Below, one piece after another: positions 59,116-64,000 of a stretch of DNA of 64,000 nt. The DNA is from an uncultured Planctomycetota bacterium (GTDB taxonomy: Bacteria > Planctomycetota > Brocadiia > CAIUPP01), in contig CAIUPP010000060.1 in assembly GCA_903901045.1 (NCBI GenBank), positions 6,661 to 70,660 of the forward strand. Direction: 5' to 3'. Position 1 is the first letter of the stretch, and every line of letters begins with the position of its first letter. The translations under genes were made by a program, and so were the position numbers. Below the pieces are notes generated by a model. That model saw nothing but the letters and a program-made list of their open reading frames with translations. It had not been told where the DNA came from and did no database searches.

Positions 59116-59508
59116 TTAGTAGCGCGATCCGCCGCGTCCGCCGCCACCACCGAATCCGCCACGGCCGCCACCACCACCGCCACCGCCACGGCCGCCGCCG
59201 AATCCGCCACGTCCGCCACCGCCGCCGCCGAATCCGCCGCCACCGCCACGGCCGCCTTCAGGACGGGGCCGGGCTTCGTTGACGACAACGGCGCGTCCGT
59301 CAACTTCCTTACCGTTCATTCCGGCGATCGCCGCCTGGGCTTCTTCGTCTGTGCTCATCTCGACGAAGCCGAACCCCTTGCTGCGGCCGGTTTCTTTGTC
59401 CATGATGACGTCCGCGCTGGCCACCGTACCGAACGCGGCGAACTGCTTCTGCAGCTCTGCGCTACTCACATTGTAGCTCAGGCTCCCGACATACAATTTC
59501 TTACCCAT
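59116..59508 (-). CDS. RRM-domain RNA-binding protein with a C-terminal Gly/Arg-rich tail
   Basis: 'KLYVGSLSYNVSSAELQKQFAAFG' (RNP2) and 'RSKGFGFVEM' (RNP1), then '(GGRGG)n'. AGGAGA RBS. Confidence 0.9.
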   Translation of the reverse strand: MGKKLYVGSLSYNVSSAELQKQFAAFGTVASADVIMDKETGRSKGFGFVEMSTDEEAQAAIAGMNGKEVDGRAVVVNEARPRPEGGRGGGGGFGGGGGGRGGFGGGRGGGGGGGGRGGFGGGGGRGGSRY

Positions 59509-59847
59509 TCCGACTCTCCTGACCAAGAGCACGCATGGCTCTTACGCTTCCGGGACGCCTGAAGGGCCGCCGTTGCGTCCAACGGGGTCCCGAGTCCCGC
59601 TGGAAAGCCCACAACGTGCCTGAAAGAGTATCGCATGTTAGGGGGTTGGAAGCAATAGGGAGGGAAACAATGGTCAATGGGCATCGGTCAATGGCCAATT
59701 GGCAACGGTTTGGCGGGTTTTGCCGGACCGGTTCAACTGACGCTTGCCCCGCTCCCCCTGCATTTGCAGCGCTGTTGGCGGCGCGGATACAATGCGGGGG
59801 AAGGAATATCCCGTCGCCCCCTTATCGCTCAGGAGACCCTGCTGGCC

Positions 59848-61653
59848 ATGTCGTTGCTGCTGAACGCTCAGTCCCTGACCAAACGGTACGACTCGCACAC
59901 CCTCTTCCGCGATATCTCGCTCACGTTCCAGGAAGGGGAGCGGGTGGGATTGATCGGTCCCAACGGCGCGGGGAAATCCACGCTGCTGAAAATCCTCGCG
60001 GGCATCGAGCACGCCGACAAGGGCAAGGTGGAGCCGGCGCGCAACGCGCGCATCGCCTACCTGGCGCAGGAGGATGCCTTTGCTGCGGGCAGCACGGTGG
60101 AAGGGACGCTGCTGGACGCCCTGCGCGACAGCCAACTCGAGGAGCATCAGCGGCACACCCGCGCGCAGGTGCTCATGGGCAAGCTGGGGTTCGACCAAGG
60201 AGATGCCCGCGCCGAGACGCTCTCCGGCGGCTGGCGCAAACGGCTGGCCATCGGGCGGCAGATCATCCTGGAGCCCGACCTGCTGCTGATGGATGAACCC
60301 ACCAACCACCTCGACCTCGGCGGCATCCTCTGGCTGGAACGCTTCCTCGCCAAGTGCAACTTCGCCTTCGTGCTGATCAGCCACGACCGCTATTTTCTGG
60401 AAAGCGTCACGAACCGCGTCATTGAACTTAACGCGCGGTACGCCGACGGCTTCTTCAGCGTCCGGGGGAAGTACAGCGACTTCCTGGAAAAGCGCGAGGA
60501 GTATCTGGAAGCGCAGGAGAAGCAGGAGCAGGCGCTCTCCATCGTGGTCCGGCGCGAGGTGGAATGGCTGCGCCGCGGCCCGGCGGCGCGCACCACGAAG
60601 GCGGGGGCGCGGATCGATGAGGCGCAGAGGAAAATCGAGAACCTCTCCGAGTTGCGCCGCCGCACGGGACAGGAAGAGGCCATCGGCCTCAATTTCAACG
60701 CCAGCGGCCGCCGGACCAACATGCTGGTCATCGCGAAATCCCTCGCAAAGTCGCTGGGGGGCAAGCGGCTCTTCGGCGGACTGGAATTTGAACTATGCCC
60801 CGGCACGAGGCTGGGAATCGTCGGCAATAACGGGAGCGGAAAGACCACGCTCCTGCGCCTCCTGGCGGCCGCGCTGCCGCCGGACGAAGGGGAGGTGCGG
60901 CATGCGCCAAGCCTGCGCCTGGCGCTGTTCGATCAGGACCGCGCCCAACTGGACCGCGCTCAAACCCTGAGGCGCGCTCTCTCTCCGAACGGCGATACCG
61001 TGATGTTTCGCGACCAGCCCGTGCACGTCGTCGCCTGGGCGCAACGGTTCCTGTTCAAGCCGGACCAGCTCGATAACGTCGTCGGCAGCCTCTCAGGCGG
61101 CGAGCAGGCGCGCGTGATGATCGCCCGGATGATGCAGCAGTCGGCCGACCTGATCCTGCTCGACGAGCCGACGAACGACCTGGATATCCCCTCGCTGGAG
61201 GTGCTGGAGAGGGGGCTGCTGGAGTTCCCCGGCGCGATTGTGCTGATCACCCACGACCGGCACATGCTCGACGCCGTCTGCACGCTGCTGGTGGGCCTGC
61301 ACGGCAACGGGGAGTGCGGCATCTACGCAAGCTTTGCGCAATGGGAGGCGGCGGAGGAGCGTCTGGCGCAGGCCGCCGCGAAGGAAATTCCCGTCGCGCC
61401 CAAAGCGCCGCGCCGGGAGAGTGCGCCCAGCCGTCCGCGGCTGACCCACACGGAGAAGAAGGAGCTCAACGGCATCGAGAAGAAGATTCAGCAAGCGGAG
61501 GCCGAAGTCGAGCGCCTCAAGAAAGCGATCGAAGACCCCGCCCTCTGCTCCGATCACGTCCGCATGGGAGAGGAATGCCAGCGGCTGCATGACGCGCAAA
61601 TGCTGGCGGACCAGCTCTATGAGCGCTGGCATGAATTGGAAGGAAAGCGGTAA
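59848..61653 (+). CDS. ABC-F family ATPase (two ABC ATPase domains, no TMD; Uup/EttA-like)
   Basis: Two Walker A motifs ('GPNGAGKST', 'GNNGSGKTT'). Signatures 'LSGGWRKRLAI' and 'LSGGEQARVMIA'. Interdomain linker and C-terminal coiled coil. Confidence 0.85.
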   Translation: MSLLLNAQSLTKRYDSHTLFRDISLTFQEGERVGLIGPNGAGKSTLLKILAGIEHADKGKVEPARNARIAYLAQEDAFAAGSTVEGTLLDALRDSQLEEHQRHTRAQVLMGKLGFDQGDARAETLSGGWRKRLAIGRQIILEPDLLLMDEPTNHLDLGGILWLERFLAKCNFAFVLISHDRYFLESVTNRVIELNARYADGFFSVRGKYSDFLEKREEYLEAQEKQEQALSIVVRREVEWLRRGPAARTTKAGARIDEAQRKIENLSELRRRTGQEEAIGLNFNASGRRTNMLVIAKSLAKSLGGKRLFGGLEFELCPGTRLGIVGNNGSGKTTLLRLLAAALPPDEGEVRHAPSLRLALFDQDRAQLDRAQTLRRALSPNGDTVMFRDQPVHVVAWAQRFLFKPDQLDNVVGSLSGGEQARVMIARMMQQSADLILLDEPTNDLDIPSLEVLERGLLEFPGAIVLITHDRHMLDAVCTLLVGLHGNGECGIYASFAQWEAAEERLAQAAAKEIPVAPKAPRRESAPSRPRLTHTEKKELNGIEKKIQQAEAEVERLKKAIEDPALCSDHVRMGEECQRLHDAQMLADQLYERWHELEGKR

Positions 61654-61662
61654 GAGCGCGCA

Positions 61663-63831
61663 TCACGGCGTTATGGTCACATCGAGCGCCCCTGCGAACG
61701 CTGACTTTCCCTTTCCGTACATGGCTTGCAGTGTAAACTGCGTGGGGGCCGGAACGGGCGTCGTGGACAGAACTCCCGCCCTGCGCAACTGCGCGTAGAC
61801 GGTCGGGAGGCATTTCCACTTCGCATCGCTGGACCGGGTGACCCCTTCCGGAAAAACGTCATAGAAGGCCGTGCAGACATATTGGACGGAGTCGGACCCT
61901 CCCTTGACGGCGGACGGTCCTTTGAGGCTCACACCGGTCAGTCGGGCGACTGCAAATTGCGCCGCACTCTCGCCTGTCGCCTTGCCGTCAATTGTGCAGA
62001 CTCGTATCTTGTAGTCAATTCCGCTGTTGTATGACCGCCCGAACTTCGGGTCCCATTTGCCGACCCGCCATCGATATTTCCCGGTATTCTTTACCGCAGG
62101 GGCAATGACGCAAGCGGTTCCGGCTGCATTGCATAACTCAATTCGGACGCGCGCATTGCTTGCCAGACCGGCCGATCTCCATTGGATTGTGCAGTCCTGC
62201 CCGACTTCCATTATGTTGCCGGCCTCGGAAGGGGAGAGCACGGTTATGCCCATGCATTCCGGAGTGCCGAGGAAGTACTCTGCCAGGAAGACGTCGCTCA
62301 GGCCGGCGTTCTCCAAAATCACCGATTCGCCATAGCTGTCATTCAACGTTGCTGTTCCCCAAAAGGAGCCGCCGACAAACAGCGTGCCGTCTGAGAATGC
62401 GATGGAAGGGGCGAAAAGAAGTTTTCCATTGGCGACGCGCTACGCTCCGGCCAGGGCGCCGTTGCCGCTATAGATTGCCAGGAAGATGCTATTTTCTCCC
62501 GCCGCGCTGAGAGTCGTTTCATTCGCCTCGCCCGGGCCGAATGTTATTGAGCCTTCAAAGGTGCCCGTCACAAGGATGGAATCGCCGGAAAGCGCCGCGA
62601 TCCCCGTGCCCCTTTCATCCTTGGAGCCGCCGGCGCGCTTTGCCCACGCTAGGGAACCATCACTGTTGTACTTTGCCAGGAAGAGATCGTATCCCCCCTC
62701 GGCCGAAAGGACGGTCTCGTTCGCTTCGGCCGCCCCGAACGTAACCGCTCCCATGAACCCGCCAGTCAGCATGAACGCTCCGTCTGGCAGCGTCCCAACG
62801 TGGAAGTAGGCGCCGCGCTGAGTGTCTCCGGCGAAGAGGTCCAGCGACTTGACCCAGGCCAGAGAGCCCTCGGCGTTGTACTTCGCCAGGAAGATGGCGT
62901 TCGTGGGAATGGACGGCAGCGTCGTCTCGTTCGGTTCCCCTTCGCCGAATACTACGGGGGGAGAATAGGAACCACACACGATGGCGCCGCCATCGGAAAG
63001 CGCGGCGGCAATTTTTCCGCACGAGCCGCCGTATCCTCCGGCTTGACGCGCCCAGGCGAGCGTGCCGTCGGAGTTGTACCTAGCTGCGAAGACGAACGGG
63101 CGAGAGGGGGAGATAGCCAGAGTCGTCTCGTTCGCCTCGCCTTTGCCGAATGTCGCCGCGCCATCGCACCAGCCGGTTACGAGGATGCCTCCCTCTGCGA
63201 GCGCCGCCAGGGCTTGACCCGTGCATTGTTGCCGTACGTTGCGTGGATCATCGGTTGCGGCATGCGATGCTTTCGCCCAGGCCAATGTCCCATCCGGGTT
63301 ATACTTGGCGACGAACATCCTGATTAGTAACGAGGACGGATAGTCCTCGTCGAACGCCGTCTCATTTGCCTCGCCTTGCCCGAAAAGCGCCCGTCCCCTA
63401 AAGCTGCCCGTCACAACGGATGAGCCGTCAGAAAGCGCGGCGACCGCGAAACTGTAGTCCTCTTCGGGTGAGCCGGCGCGCTTTGCCCACGCCAGGGAAC
63501 TATCCGTATTGTACTTCGCCACGAAGATATCACACTCCCCGGCCGCCACGAGGACTGTCTCATTCAATCCCCCATGGCCGAACGTCGCGATGTCCCTGAA
63601 CGTGCCGCTCACGACAGCGCCTCCCCCCGCAAGCGCAGCGACAGTCTGCGGACAACCCCAGCCGGATCCCGATTGGCTTGGTGAACCCAAATGATCCTCG
63701 CTTGTTCCCCCGGCGGACTTCGCCCATACGAGTTGCGCCTCCGGCTCTTCGGCTTGCGCCGTTACCTGGGTGACAACTGCAAACAATGGGATGCAGAACA
63801 CGAGGAAAATGGCCGTCTTATACATCTTCAT
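61663..63831 (-). pseudogene. SBBP beta-propeller-repeat + Kre9/KNH-like domain secreted protein, interrupted by a single in-frame TAG (plus-strand 62440-62442). Pseudogene, sequencing error or stop-codon readthrough.
   Basis: Signal peptide 'MKMYKTAIFLVFCIPLFAVVTQVTAQA'. 'FLAKYNSDGSLAWAKRAGG' repeats of ~50 aa. The same frame continues after the TAG with the repeat periodicity ('...LAGA*RVANGKLLFAPSIAFSDGTLFVGGSF...'), and the KNH-like domains follow. Confidence 0.5.
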
Positions 63832-64000
63832 GCCTCCTTAGAAACCGCACCTTCCCAAGCTGCATGCGGTTTCATCCCCCTGGAACCCACCCAACGGCAT
63901 CCTATGCCTTAAATCCGCCAATAGCAAGCCACGTCGGGATGAATTGGATAATGCGGAACATTGCCCCGGTGTTGGCGCAGTCGGTGGCGTAGAATGTGCC

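Overview
The window is a 64 kb, high-GC (roughly 62-65 %) bacterial chromosomal segment. Gene content points to a PVC-superphylum organism (Planctomycetes/Verrucomicrobia/Lentisphaerae-like): a DUF1559 prepilin-type N-terminal cleavage/methylation protein, a giant 'autotransporter-associated beta-strand repeat' surface protein, and several expanded URO-D-like paralogs. There are about 45 real genes and a dense set of antisense shadow ORFs, which I rejected. I see no rRNA, tRNA, CRISPR array or transposase.

Main blocks:
- 1-7.1 kb: Nif3-like protein, GDSL-like hydrolase, a URO-D-like protein and a 998-aa cytoplasmic protein, all on the minus strand. The 998-aa gene is transcribed divergently from a GntR-type sugar-responsive regulator with a textbook sigma70-like promoter.
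- 8.4-15.4 kb: the DUF1559 pilin-like protein and a 1817-aa surface protein carrying an internal ~1.6 kb direct duplication.
- 15.4-29.7 kb: a 14 kb co-directional glycan-processing cluster. It contains two URO-D/MtaA-like proteins, a GH4 enzyme, a DUF4838+CBM9-like protein, a Gfo/Idh/MocA oxidoreductase, LamG lectin-domain proteins, a 1191-aa secreted protein, a xylose-isomerase-like TIM barrel and an esterase. This is a candidate non-canonical (oxidative/eliminative) glycoside-cleavage system.
- 29.7-33.3 kb: a long structured non-coding region, then two tandem small secreted paralogs, a LamG protein and a second TIM barrel.
- 36.2-43.8 kb: a CusB/CusA/TolC-like heavy-metal RND efflux operon, followed by a secreted protein made of five tandem DUF5666-like repeats with conserved His/Met.
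- 44-51 kb: a fourth URO-D-like gene, a glycosidase-like gene, a 2-hydroxyacid dehydrogenase, an enolase-superfamily dehydratase and a deoxyhypusine-synthase-like gene.
- 51-54.3 kb: an Lrp-ald pair and a UDP-sugar dehydrogenase.
- 54.3-63.8 kb: secreted multidomain proteins with Thr-rich linkers (one with 15 perfect TTTTLPP repeats encoded with synonymous diversification), a glycine-rich RRM RNA-binding protein, an ABC-F ATPase, and an SBBP beta-propeller gene interrupted by a single in-frame TAG.

Coordinates inferred from ORF frames and manual reading may be off by 1-3 nt.
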